Shown here piece by piece: positions 13,040 to 26,114 of a DNA stretch of 64,000 nucleotides. The stretch spans positions 12,896,001 to 12,960,000 of the forward strand of contig CM068754.1 in assembly GCA_035084275.1 (NCBI GenBank). The letters run 5' to 3'. Made by a program: the position numbers and the translations under genes. The notes under the pieces are model-generated. The model was given only the letters and a program-made list of their open reading frames with translations, was not told the origin of the DNA and ran no database searches. This DNA comes from Hydrolagus colliei (taxonomy: Eukaryota). Positions within the stretch are counted from its first letter, which is position 1. Every line of letters starts with the position of its first letter.

Positions 13040-13320
13040 CTGAAATGATTACCCTGTTCTGCTCATGTCTCACTTTAGGCAAGGGAAAGACAGCAAGAAT
13101 TCCCATTCCTGACCCCTGTGTTCACTGCCGGTCCACCTTTAACATTGCAGGTGTCAGACTGCAAGAGAATCAGCCTAAACCTCGACAAAAATGCCAACAT
13201 TCACTATTAAGACTCACATAAGAATAATAGTCACTTGGGTGAGATATTGGGAGGATAATCTGCGGTGCAGAATTGTGGAGCAGAAGATGGGAAAAGTAAA
13301 CAATTTAGTAGAGAAGAAAA
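13040..13320 (+). mobile_element. SINE family C fragment
   Basis: AATTCCCATTCCTGACCCCTG...ACTCACATAAGAATAATAGTCACTTGGGTGAG blocks shared with other family C copies. Confidence 0.5.
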
Positions 13321-14489
13321 CTGGTGGAGGAAGATTGAAGACTATGGAGGCAAAGGGAATCAACATTTGAAACAATTGCAGGTTCCAAAAAGAACATTAC
13401 GTCTTATTGTATATTAACTCTATCATGAAAACATTTCAACGGTTGGTTTGATTCTTTTGGAGTATTAAACAGATTTTTAAAAATGTTTTGTGTGAAATAA
13501 ATGTGGTGAACTGACTTGGTATAAATTATTATGGAAATAGATTTTGACGTTGAGAACAAAAGCTAAAACAAGTGCCAGGTAACTCAGGACTTTTCATCAG
13601 TTTAGTAAAAATAATTAACTATGAATCCTTCTATTTGATTAATTGTATCAGCATTGTATCTGCGCTTGTCATAATAATTAATATAATGGCAATGGTTTGC
13701 ATACTAATAGAAAAACTGGTAGTTTCACAGAAGTTAATTCTTGCCATCCTAATTAACGGCACATGCATATAAGCTTTGTAAAAGGAAACAAACTAGGTTT
13801 TATAAATGCATAATTATTCTTCTACTTCATCAAACTGTTTTTTTGTGAAAGTGACATACTGAGACTGTCAAACATTGCTGATAATGGAGATAATAGGCAT
13901 ATATTCCTTATGTCACTGAGGGTATTATTGAAGAACCTTAATTAGCTTAGGTACTTACTGCACCTTGGAAAGTATTTAATTAACTACTGTCTGAAATAAT
14001 TAGCTTCAGGTTACTGATGATTTCATTAGCTTTGGTTTCTCCACTTTACACAGACAGTGAGGTTAGAGTAACTCTGCCCGGTCTGGTGACAGGATAATGG
14101 ATAAGGAGTCTAGGAAACATAATGGCAACCTTGACCAGCTTAATGAAAAGGAGAAAGACAAAGATAAAGGAGAATATAATGACTATTGGTCCTGGTCTGA
14201 AACTGTATTGTAAAGGTCATGAATCTACAGGCCATACAAAAGTTGTTAACGATTGTAAAGTTATGATTGCAGTTGGCTACGATAATGAATCAATCTTACA
14301 AATAAAAGTAAGACAAATCTCAGTTTGAAAGCTGAAAATAGAACCTGAAAATGTTCGATATACGTGGAAGATTGGGTCAACAGGATGTTTGAAACGTTTC
14401 CCTTCAACTTCTATCTATTTCTTTACTGCAACATTTTTCACAGCCTGACTTAGTGTACTGCTGGATTAAATAACTCCATTAATACATAC

Positions 14490-14618
14490 ATGAGGCAGAA
14501 AGGAATAGATGGATATGAGAGGGAGGATTAGTAGTAGAGTCTCATGTGAATAGAAACACCAGCCTAGATGACATGGGTTAAATGGCCTGTTTCCATGCTA
14601 TAACACTCTGTGCGATTC
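14490..14618 (+). mobile_element. CR1-type LINE 3' end
   Basis: GGGTTAAATGGCCTGTTTCCATGCTATAACACTCT terminal motif. Confidence 0.7.
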
Positions 14619-14874
14619 TTTGACTTAAGTATTGAAGTAATTCTTATTATTCCAACAGAAAACAAATTTAAAAACATTGAAACAATAAGTAATATGATTA
14701 CTTATAAAATCACCCATTGCACAGAATGCAAAACCATAGGAAAATATTTCTTATAGTGGTTGGATTGTGGCCACGGGTGGTATTATGCATCACAGTGATA
14801 GGGAGTCTTTAGAATAGATCTTCAGATCTATTAATTTCGCCATTGGATACTGGGTCAAAGCACTCCACACCAGA

Positions 14875-15170
14875 ATAGCATTGAGCCACAAGACTAGAAA
14901 CTCCCAATTTTGAATCTCAGTGAGTCCTGCTTTCGCAAGTGTCAGTCGGACTAAAACAGCCGACCTCGGAACGCCTCAGTTGTAGAAGGGAAAGAGAGGG
15001 GAAAAAGCAGGATTCCAGCTTCCAGAATATGCCCGAGTGTGAATGTCAGAATCAGGCATTGGTTGTAGCATCTTGCCACATTCCCCTCTGCCCATCACCA
15101 CCCAAATCTGTTAACATTAATTTTCTACCGCACATATGAAGAATGGCTTTGCAAGGTGTCAGACTGATGC
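14875..15170 (+). mobile_element. SINE family C copy
   Basis: TGAGCCACA...CAGGATTCCAGCTTCCAGA...CATATGAAGAATGGC blocks. Confidence 0.5.
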
Positions 15171-15410
15171 TGTCATCCAAGAAAGTGAACCCCATTAAGA
15201 ATCAACACTCTCACAAAAGGAGAAGTGGAGAAAAAGAACATTAATTTGTAACTGTAACAATAGCATCTATATGACGTCAACAATAGAGTGGTACATATTA
15301 TGTTGTATGTTAAAATGTTGGCACATTTCCAATCATAAGTTGACTCAGAAATCAAAAATAGATCAGCTGATACGCTTTCGCTTTTTTTTTACAAGTAAAT
15401 AGCTATTAAG

Positions 15411-15720
15411 TAATAATAATCATTGTATTTGATATCGCACTTTACGTCTTCTAGATGTCTCAAAGCGCTTCACCGAATATACCGTAAAGTGAATTGACTG
15501 TATATTTGTGGGCAGCAACCAAATGCACACAGCTGTGTCCCACGAACAGTCATGGATTGAATGACCAATTTATTATTGTATTTTTTCTTTAGGTATTATT
15601 ATTATCAGGTGTATTATCAGCTGGGTGAAACCTTGCTCAAGGTTTCACCCAGGCTGGAATCGAACCCAGTTCTCTTGCTTGTAAGGCGATTGGTCTAACC
15701 ACTGAGCAACAGGACTCCAC
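15411..15720 (-). mobile_element. Full-length SINE, family A
   Basis: tRNA head with A box and B box GGTTCGATTCC, conserved body, (TAT)n tail. Confidence 0.9.
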
Positions 15721-18700
15721 GTGTAACCTATTTATAGTGAATCTTCAATATATTTGAGTACCAACTTACTGTTTTACCGTATTCTGTTATTTTTCTAGCT
15801 CAATACATCTTATAGATGATATTTGACGGTGGTTGTGTTAACATACCATGCTTATGCTGCTGGTGTACCTTTCTATCCACGGTAAATAAAAACCCTATTA
15901 AAAATAAATTGGCAGATCTGATGAAAACACCAAATGTTCAGCAACTGAAATTATGTTTATTGGTTTCTTTCCATCAACTACATTTATGGTCCTATTTGCT
16001 GGTAAATTCATAACACCGTAACTCTAATATAACTCACAATATCTTGGGAGTCTCTGCATGAACCATTTACTTGCTGAACAACAAAAACAAATTATATTTC
16101 TATACCACAGGCAGTAAAGTAGAAACAAAAATGAAAACAGTTTGGATTTGAAGTAAAACAAACAAAAACAAATTAATTAGGAAAAATCAGGCAGAATTTG
16201 GATTGCATAATGTTTGTTTCGAATATGAAGGTTCTGGGAGCAGCTGATCAATCTCATTGGTAGATAAGTGCCTACAAAAGATACACAGTCACATTACTTT
16301 TGAGTACATTCTGCAAAGTGCTTTGAGACATTGTCAAGACATGGTAAGATGCTATATACAATGCAAGGATTATTATTATTCTATAAAATCTTTTTTTATT
16401 ATTATAATGTTATTTATTATAATATAAAATAATAATAAACTAGTTGAATTGCTTGCCAAATGTCAGTCATTCTTTCTGCAGATTACAATGTTTTTAGAAT
16501 ACTTGTCAACTGTTACTTTCTCTGTTAGCGCAACAACCACACACTGCAATTTAAAAAATAAAATTGTTGAAACTATTATTCTTATTTGAACTTTTCTTCC
16601 TGTGTTTTTTTGCCTCCGCTACATCTCACTTCAACATTCAGAATATAGCCTCACTATTTCCAAATATTACCACATGGTTATATTTTTATTTTCAATAACA
16701 TCATTTCTAAAAACTTGTATTGAGATAAAGCTTTAAAAGTTTCACTTTTGCCAAGCAAGGTATCATTTCATTTCAGCCTCTTACAGTGAAAAATTGTCCC
16801 GTGTTGATACTTCAAAATATGTACACAAGAAGCTTTTATAGTTATTGGAACTTAGTGATTATTTTCCAAGCTGAAAAAGAGCATTTCAAAATGGTCCATT
16901 AGATGAACTAACAAAATTACTGTTGTATCTGGTGTGCTCAAAAACAAAACTATAGCAGAGGTAGTACTGCATTACATATCGTTGTCTCATACTGTAGAAT
17001 GCTTATGAGTAGAACACGTTAAATCATATTGTTTGCTTCCTGTAACTGAACACTGAGGCTAATTGACAATATGTTATATAAATTGCAGACTCTATTTTCC
17101 CTTTCTCATTAGCTTTCACAAACTGATTTTCTGTTTTCAATAAATCTGCTTGCAGCATTAGAACTGGATCAGGTGGTGGTACTTTATCACTGTCCTGCAC
17201 TCAGTCATTTTTTTCCTCACGCTTCTTAGTGCCTTACCACCTATGTGTACGAAGGCTAAGTACACTTTCTGAACATTGACAGAACAGGAATAGCTCAACA
17301 GATAGCTGGTGTACTACCCACCCCCCCAAAAAAAAATGCATCACGGTGAACTTAATCAAATTGCCTAGTTTCAGAGTATTAATGCCAATGAAAGAAGCAC
17401 TTACCATTGAAATGTGTTAATTTCCTTTTAATGTGTACAGAAATTCTCATCACTTCCTCCCCTACAAAGGTGTGCCATTATTTCATGGTGCGGAGAGCTC
17501 AGATATGGATAGGATGAGGGAGGACAGAAACTTGTCCATTTATCAAACTCACTCCCTCACACTGAAGAAGATGTTCCAATGCTGTGCAGTGAAAGAACTA
17601 CAGGACTGAAATCTTCTCATTCAACCAAGATTGGTTCATACAAAAGTCGACAATACCCCATTGAAAGCCATTGTTGATATTCAACATTTTTTAAATAGCT
17701 GAACAGAATAGACAATATGGCTGAGCGGAAAACTTGGTCAGGAGTTGACCCGGAGTTAGTGTGCTATTAAAACAAGAAGTTCAGACATGTATCCATAATG
17801 AACAGACACGTTAACTTACAAGTATGTAAATAATAAATGCTTGTACTGCGGATAATTGTGAACTTTACATTTCTGCCAGTCTAAAAGCAGTCGTCATTAA
17901 AACAACAAGGTAGGGGCCAGTGTCTGCAACAGCTAACTTTCACATGCACGAGAAAACAAGTCTTTTGTCAGCATAAAAAAAGTTGATACATGCCCGTGTT
18001 TGTCAAAATGTAAAACTGAAAAACAAGGAAAAATTTACATTTATAAATATAACTGACCTGGCATAAAACCAAAGCGTTTTAGCAAGTGCGTAGATTATTT
18101 AATAATTGTACACAATACATTTTGAAACTGTCCATAAGTCATGGTAACCAGCCATGAGTCCACTTCACATGTTGATTACCACCAGACTGTGGTGTTAGTA
18201 AGCCACACAACTAAGTACGGCTATAGGCTGTTTTTTTGATTGCTTAGGCTGCTAGCATTTCATTCTACGTAGCTTCTGGAAACAATGCAAATACAGTAGC
18301 ACATTCATATTTTACATTTGGCAAGCTGTAATCTCACTTTGTGCAAAGTTTAATTGTTATTAATGAAAGATGACCGTAAGGATAGGCGAGGGAGGCGAAT
18401 GAAAATGGGAAATTCATTGAAATAGGCTAGTCTCAAATCCCTAACCTCAAAGGTGGCACCTAAACATGAATGATGAGGGAAAGGGGCTCCATCTAACAGC
18501 AGTTAACTGCACTCTGTCAAAGCTAATAGAGAGGCAGTCAGGCTTCTGGTTACTCCTGGGCGTCACCTTTTTGGGGAAAATAAGATCATCTGTCCGTCCG
18601 GTATCAGTTCTAAATATGACAGATGAGGTTTTCATTACCATCATCCCGAGGCTTTTGAGAAAATTTTCCTTTCAGTAAGTGCCAGAGCCACTTGAATATG

Positions 18701-21536
18701 CTATATTCATCTGAAAATTGCAGCTATCACACACACAGTGCTATCAATGCATTACCTGACCATGTATTTCAGTATTCAGGCATTGAAACCTTTGCTGACT
18801 CCGAGCAGAAATACAAGCTGTCTGCTTTACAATCTGAGATACACCTAAACTATTACACATCATCAAAGCATTAATTTAACTATTACATTACATCAACCGA
18901 AATATTGTGGGAAAGGGATATGTAATATCAGTTTATTCGTGGGAAACAGCAATAACAGGTGTCTGTCGGGTTTGCATGTGACAGAGAGCTCAGAACTCAA
19001 GAACATTTTTAGCTACTGTTGTTAATTCAGTTTGAAGGATGGTTTAATTTTTTTTAAAAAAAAACACAGATTGGAAATCTCAGGGATTTTCCCACATGCA
19101 TCAGTGGAGAGGTTCACACAGACAAGTTATTAGATACAGCGCCAGCAAAATGATTGTGAGCCAGTGGCAAACAAAGCCTTCAAGATTTACAGGCGTTTTA
19201 TTCAGGTTTTCTGAAGAATTAAAAAGTACATGTTTATATTCCATTTAAAGGCTACACATTGTTGAATATTATAAGCTTTCAAGATAAAATATATAAAGTT
19301 GTTTGTAAAGTTGTTGCATTATCATAATAATTATTATGTGTATAATTGTGACGATTTTTCGAGGATCGATTTTACGTTATGTCACGTGAGTTCATGGATC
19401 TGTGGAAGGTTGCATAACTGCTGCAACAAAGAATAGAAACTGTTATGAAAGTGACTGGGAGACATATATATGATCTCAAATAATACTGAAAATTCATTGT
19501 AAACTCAAGATTTAGAGAATCTCAAAATATGTTTCATACATCCATTTTGTAAGATTAAATATACATATGTAAAAAAAACCCTCAAAGGATCATGATCAAA
19601 ACGATCATAGGGAACGAAGCAAGTCACCTCACATGATAGAAATTTCTGACCATGTGTGTTTTAAACCTGTGGCAAATCAAATTTTGTAATTACTAACTTT
19701 CTTTTAACCAAAACTGGGAGATACTTTCTTTCACATAAATAGGCAGACAAGACCTTGGTTTAATGTCACATTGAAATGCCTAAACCACTGCATTGGAATG
19801 TTAGTTTAGAGTTCTTGGACAAAGTTTCTCGCTATAACCTGGCCTACAATTCTCCAAATAAAATTGATCATTTGCTTCATGAGTATTTGTGGGATATTGC
19901 TGTGTGCAAATACAAATACACAGTCACTGCACTTTACAGATCCTGTGAAGAACTTTGACATGTTCTGATGATGTGAGAAAGTGACAGATCAATTATTATT
20001 ATTATTTTGTCAATTGCGTCAAAATGACCTTGCGAAGTTTCTGCACATGAGTTTAACCCAGGAGTTGACTGCATGACATTTCTGTTGGGCATTGTCTTCA
20101 TTTTATTTAATCACAATTGCAGTAGCTGATTCGCACCTCATACAGAGTGATGAGTTAAATTCACACATCATACAGAGTAACACAACAGTGTTTAACTGTT
20201 TTGTTCTCCCCTGTATGAAGTGTGAACAACCTTCCTGAGTCTGTTAGAGACTGTAAGGTTTGTAAAGGTAAATCTTGCTCGCATTCAATAGTTTAAATGG
20301 GATTACAATCAGTGTCGACTCCCAATATTCCTTCCTTTTTCAAATGCAGAATTTATCTTTCTAAAATAAAAAATTAGAAATCCAAACCCATGGATAAGCA
20401 TTTCAAAATTCAAATGGGTGCACAAATGAGTAATAATAATGAACCAAGATATGAAAGTGGTTACAACTAGAGATATCCACATCCTTCTCTGTAATAATAC
20501 TAATATTTGATTATAGGGATATACCCTAAATGTGAAACACAATTTATAAATATAATTTTGTGTTGTTGCAGTACCTTTCACGGTGGGACGTCATCTCAAA
20601 ATGCCAACAAAACAGGCAGACAGGACCTCAGTTCAATGTTTCATCCATGGGATATGATCTTTAACAACATAGAATTCCTCCAGAACTGTAATACAACAAA
20701 ACAACATGAAATTACATTTGTATTGTGCCTTTCAAGTCAATAGTGTCTGGCTGGGCTTTGAGCTCAAAGTTCTGATGTGAGACTTGAAACCACAACATTC
20801 TGACTCAGAAGCAATAGTGCTGCTGAAATGTTAGATTTCAGATCATTCTGAAGAAACAGAATTCAATCTGCTTTCCCCAAAATTGATCCCTGATCAGAGA
20901 GACTTTATTTTGTAGTTGTTTAAGTAATCCAAAATCCTACATGATGCAAAGGGTGCTACAAAAACGCAAGTTGTTGTTAGCTGTGCTAAACTGATCATTG
21001 GATTGAATGGTTACATTCTTAACTATGACCACATTTCAGTATTGAACAGGCTTGAAAACAAAAAAAAATTCCTACCAAACAAAGTAGCGCTCGCTAGGTG
21101 AATATCTGAAACCAACTGGCAGAGAATAAGAAAATAATCTAAGTTTATTTTGAAGAAAAAACATGTTTGCTTGTCAGTATCATTTTTGCAAAGGAAACAT
21201 ATTTGGAAAATAAACCAGATTATAACTGGCCATATTGGGTTACATCCCAGTACTGTATTTTCAAATGAGCAAAAAACAAAGCTTAGCAAAATGGTACATT
21301 GAATGGCAAGGGACAAGCTGAGAGGGAAACGTGTGCTGGAGGCAGGAAATTTTGATTATACAATAAGTGTGACTAGTAACACTGTGCAGCAAATAGCTGT
21401 CATCACAAGTTTGGAAATTATGGAATGCGTCTCATGTATGTGCGATAACAGCCTCACCAAATGTGCCTTAAAGTGAGACGACAGCATTCGAACAAATAAA
21501 ACATCCAAACAGCTGTGTGCTGGCGCTTAGCCAACT

Positions 21537-21550
21537 GTAACCCTGGCAAC
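21537..21550. promoter_or_regulatory. RFX X-box
   Basis: GTAACCCTGGCAAC fits the consensus GTNRCC-N2-RGYAAC exactly. Confidence 0.55.
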
Positions 21551-21681
21551 ATGGTTCTCATAACTGCTGCTCAGCTTTATGTGGCATCGGTACCACAAAC
21601 AAATTATGCCTGCGCTACATAGCTGACATGAACGTAACAAACACCCTCACGCTGGCTCTCATATCTGCCCGCATCCTACCT

Positions 21682-21695
21682 GTCACTATGGCAAC
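21682..21695. promoter_or_regulatory. RFX X-box (second), overlapping an ATG in good Kozak context
   Basis: GTCACTATGGCAAC, 145 bp from the first X-box in a locally CpG-retaining region. Confidence 0.5.
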
Positions 21696-21750
21696 GGTAG
21701 CATGCAAGGAAAAAGACTGCCAACTCGAACTAAAACTCCGTCGCTACAAG
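21688..21750 (+). other. Candidate first coding exon of an unidentified gene
   Basis: actATGG start encodes MATVACKEKDCQLELKLRRYK; an alternative ATG at 21702 gives MQGKRLPTRTKTPSLQ; donor AAG|gtattt. Confidence 0.3.
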
Positions 21751-22977
21751 GTATTTTAAACACAACAATAAGCGAAGAACATCAAATCGTAAGATGGGGT
21801 GGAAGGTAATGAACATGTCGATTTACACTTGCAGGGGACGATAATCGCTTCTAGCCTCTATTTGGGAACAGTGTTATCTCCTATCTTTCCCCTTCCTCAC
21901 TATCCTTCCAATTGTTCCTTGCTTAGTGTCTGGCCCAGCCATTATGAAGCGCCCTGAGACATTATCCTTTGTGAAGGGCGCTTGCTATATAAATGGAAGT
22001 TGTTGTACACTCAGAACAAGGAAGGCATCATTAATTTCCTACATGAATTCTCCATCCTGAACAGTTGAATCGTTTGTGGGGACTCACTGTCCAGGTGTAT
22101 ATGCTAAAAATGGCTGGAGGACTTATTGGCAAATTGCAGCGTGTTTACATATCTTTTCACAGTCAAGTGCAATGAGTAACTATAATTAAGAGCATCCAGG
22201 CTAGAGTTCCATAAATATTCTGCCTACCCAATAATGCCCTGCCCCAGGTAAGATCAATCAATCAAAACTTACATTTATATAGTGCCTTTCACGTCGAGAG
22301 GACGTCCAAAGGCGCTGATCCTAGGTAAGTGGAGGCAAGTCTGGCCTATGTAACTTAGTCCTCATCAGGCAGTTTCTTTACCCACTAAACCATCAGGGTA
22401 GGTCGTTTACACAACTCTTATAGTAATTCTTACAAATTATATATCATAATTATTGTGCAGTAAAGTGGAATTTATATCTAAAAGTACAGACTTCAAAATC
22501 AATTCTAAATCTATTAAGAAATAGTGATTTGCACAAAGCAAAAATAATTCTGTTGTACAGAATATTCACAGGCTAATTGAAGCTATTATGAACATTTTTT
22601 TTTCTAATTAGTTAATCCATTATTTCAAGTATTAAAGTTTTTGATAGTCGACTTCTTTGTCTCTTGGTAATTATGACACTGCTGTAAATTCTATGAAACA
22701 CAATAAGATTCATTAACACCCAAGTTGAAACATACTTAGATTAAATTAGAGGAAAAGACGATTGGAGATTTAAAACTCTTAAGTGTTTAGCTGCAATAAT
22801 TGAGAACAAATTGTCATTTGTATCCCAATAATCATTTCATGAGTGAAAGACCATTCTAGTCATGAGAAAGAATATATTGAATTTGTGAAAATTTGCCAAT
22901 GAGGGGTTGATAGTGTGATTTAATCATAATAATGATAATAGTGCTAATAGTGTGATGATAATAATGATAAAAGTGAT

Positions 22978-23460
22978 AGAGTTTTAAAACATGGAAATAA
23001 TCATCTACTTAATGTGAAAGCTGATGTCCAACATATTTATATACTGTACCAAGAAAAGGAGGAAGATGCCTGATTGAAATTGAAGCATCTTATAAATCAA
23101 CAATTGTTGGTTTAGTTGAATGTATCAGAACAAACCCCATTGATAGCATTAAAATGATGGAAAAACATGAAAACTGGAAGAAATAAATGTTCCGTAATTA
23201 AAGAAACAATCAGGATCAAAGAAGAATATGACATCCGTCGAAAAGAAATAGAGGGTAGCTCATCCGAACCAACACAAATGTGACATGGAATAAAATTTTG
23301 CTTAAAAAGAAAATTATATCTTGTAGAAAAACAAATGGGAGAAACAAATCATACATGTAGCTGCAGCAATCTTACATAACCGTCAATTTCCAAGAGAATT
23401 GAAAGAACAAGGCCGAGATATGAACAAAATCGACAAATGGTTGACAAACTGACATTTTCT
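22978..23460 (+). mobile_element. Degenerate non-LTR retrotransposon ORF fragment, R4/Dong-like (post-RT region)
   Basis: Frameshifted translation RVLKHGNNHLLNVKADVQHIY/PRKGGRCLIEIEASYKSTIVGL...KWEKQIIH[insert]GQFPRELKEQGRDMNKIDKWL matches the RLYxPRKxGGRGL and WxxKxLHGQF...DxxxSxxWL motifs of this group. Confidence 0.75.
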
Positions 23461-23987
23461 ACATGCAAATACCCATCACCAAGCTTAACCGTATACAAAT
23501 CAAATGTTGTACATTTACCTGTGGCAACAGTGTTTAGAAGTATGCTTGTAGATCTATATATATGTTTGTGCATGGGTGAGTGAATGAGGAAAATAACACA
23601 CACACACCCACATTCACAATACTTTACATTGCGTTTGGCTGAGTACAACACTTGCCGATTTTGCTAAATACTTGAAATCCAAACTCTAAACAAATCTGGA
23701 AGATGTTGTTCAATATTTGCACCATTTCTGTGCAAATGTTGATGCCTGGAGATTTCCAGAAATTGAATTTTTGCAAACTGGCAATTTGCTAATCAGCAAA
23801 GATTAGTAAATAGCACATGCCTAGTAATTTGTTCAGCAATGCCTCCATTTGAATGTGAAGATGGTATTTAATTAGCATAATGTTTGTGGCAAGTGATCAT
23901 TTTCATAATTCTGCAGTTGATGAATAAACCATAATACGTAACAAGAAATGATTAATAGACGGTTATGTAAGATTGCTGCAGCTACAT
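23355..23987. repeat. Perfect 30-bp inverted repeat pair (23355-23384 / 23958-23987)
   Basis: ATGTAGCTGCAGCAATCTTACATAACCGTC and its exact reverse complement. Confidence 0.95.
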
Positions 23988-24044
23988 TAAAGCAATGTGT
24001 AGTGTTTTGCAACTTTAAGATTGCATAAATGACAAAATAAATTA

Positions 24045-24223
24045 ATAAATTAATTAATTGGTCGCTTAATCTCCGACTGTTTGAGGGACATTGCTGTGCT
24101 CAATTGGCTGCTGCATTCACCCACAAAATATACAATTAATTCACTTTACAGTATATTCCATGAAGCGTTTTCAGATGTCTTGAAGACATGCAGTTGCTCG
24201 AAATGCAAGGATTATTTATTATT
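24045..24223 (+). mobile_element. 5'-truncated SINE, family A
   Basis: GACTGTTTGAGGGACATTGCTGTGCTCAATTGGCTGC...AAATGCAAGGATTATT. Confidence 0.8.
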
Positions 24224-24735
24224 AAGGTCAAGTATAAATGTAGATTAGCTCCTCTTGGTGGATGGGTATTTCTCCCCACAACCCCCTCCCTCTTCACCGC
24301 CCCACCCCCCTTCACCCTCCCCCGCACTAAGTACTGAGCATAGAAACTCATTTATCAGTACCTTACCCCTAGGTTGAGTTTATACTGGCCACAGGATGTT
24401 CCAGTGAAGGTACTTGAAGCTTTCCAGTACTTTTCTTAACTGCAATAAGCCTTCACATTTAAAATTGCCTGCCCATTTCCAGCTTAGGTTTGGTTTGTGC
24501 ATGCAATACCAAGATTGTACGTCCCATACTGTAAAATATACCACTTGTGTATTAGCAGGACAGAACTGCAATGGTTTGTACGTAATAATGTCCTGGAAAC
24601 AGTTATGGAGCGAGTGACTAATACTATCTGGGGGAATTGTTGGTTAATATCTGTGAGCCTGATCAACAAATATTGGAGGTATTCAAGTATGAGGCGAGCA
24701 CAACTGAGATGCACAATACAATACAATTTAGAAAA

Positions 24736-24868
24736 ATGCGAAGTACTGCAGATGCTGGAAATCTGAAACAAAAACAGAAATTGCTGGAAACACTCAGCAA
24801 GTCAGGCAGCATCTATGGAGAAAACAAAAGTGAGTCAACGTTTCCGATCCACGACCCTTTGTCAGAAC
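24736..24868 (+). mobile_element. Shark-type interspersed repeat, probably Penelope-like terminal-repeat derived
   Basis: ACTGCAGATGCTGGAAATCTGAAACAAAAACAGAAATTGCTGGAAACACTCAGCAAGTCAGGCAGCATC...AACGTTTC is a motif I recall as common in chondrichthyan genomes; class assignment is from memory. Confidence 0.65.
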
Positions 24869-25682
24869 TATACAACTTATATTTATTTGGTGCCTTTCAT
24901 GAGGAGGATGCCTCAAATGTCTTAAGGTGCAATGTGTTTTCACTTGTCATTTGCTAAATCACTTAACGAGAAAGGTGTAGGAATGAACCCTGGTTTTCCA
25001 ACACCTCATCCAGGACACACAAAGGCTAATTGTACCACTCCCTCTGCACTTTGGCTAAATAGGCACAGACTGAGCATTTTAGTACCATATTCTGCATTTA
25101 TTGCGATTCTATTGTGTAAACTTGATTATCTCTAGTTTAAAATGTCAGCTACATATTCTGGATGACTTCTTTTCAAATACAATGATGGAAATAAGATAAT
25201 ATGCAACCTGAAGTGATCATTACCTTTTCATTGTGAACTCTAAGTCTCCCTGCAGGTGTGAATTTCTGTTAGTGAATGGGATGGGTGTTGGGCTGCCGCA
25301 ACGAATATGGGCTGATTTTACCCAATCATTAAAGGAAATGGGTTATTCCTTCAGGTCTTGTTTCATGCCACATTATGCTGTTCCCATTGTGTAATATTTT
25401 GCATACTCTTTCAGAGGTAAAAAGGCTGTTCTTCACCTCTTTTTCACACATTTAATAAATGAGCCTTAATACTGTCAGCTTCACAGGAGGCCAAGAGGTG
25501 TAACATCAGACTCAAGTGAGATAAGAAACTGACAGATTAAGGGAATTAAGAAGATTATGAGTTACTGGTGAATAAAACTGTAAGGTTGAGGTGTGAAGAT
25601 TGTTTGGTGTTATTTCTGGCTCAAGCCTCGTATTAACCCTTTAAGAACATACGTTCAATAGTATTTTGTTTCTTTATTTCAG

Positions 25683-25744
25683 AGAAAATGATGACATTTC
25701 ACGCACCTCATGTTGACACCGTTAAACTCCCTTACCATTTCATG
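25683..25744 (+). other. Candidate internal exon (62 nt)
   Basis: Acceptor ttttgtttctttatttcag|, donor ATG|gtaggt; single open frame (E)KMMTFHAPHVDTVKLPYHFM. Confidence 0.3.
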
Positions 25745-26111
25745 GTAGGTGTTTACTTGAATATGTTAATTTGCTGGAAAAATCGAGCATGTACTTTTTT
25801 TCAACAAGTCAATCCCTAGGTTATGCCAAACAGTTTTCCTAGATAATCATTTTAATTCTTCTGTAGAGATCCTACTGAATGTTGTAATAAACTCAGAAAT
25901 GAATGGCAGTTCAGGTTTTGATTTACTTGCAGTGTTGAATAACAAGACAATCTGATAAATACACAATAGGGGTACAATAGGGGTAGCATGATCTCATATC
26001 ACATTATCTGTTATTTTAAATATAAATTATTTTCCACATCAATTGTATTTTCACACACTCACTGCTGGCTTGTCAGGAATTTCATTGTAATCATTTGCCT
26101 CTCTTTAACAG

Positions 26112-26114
26112 GAG
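26112..26114 (+). other. Candidate 3-nt microexon (GAG)
   Basis: tttgcctctctttaacag|GAG|gtaaga, with a UGC plus CU tract directly upstream. Confidence 0.25.

Noticed and set aside
23355-23987. MITE bounded by 30-bp TIRs
   Set aside because: No target-site duplication, and retroelement coding motifs continue inside the left arm; a templated insertion fits better
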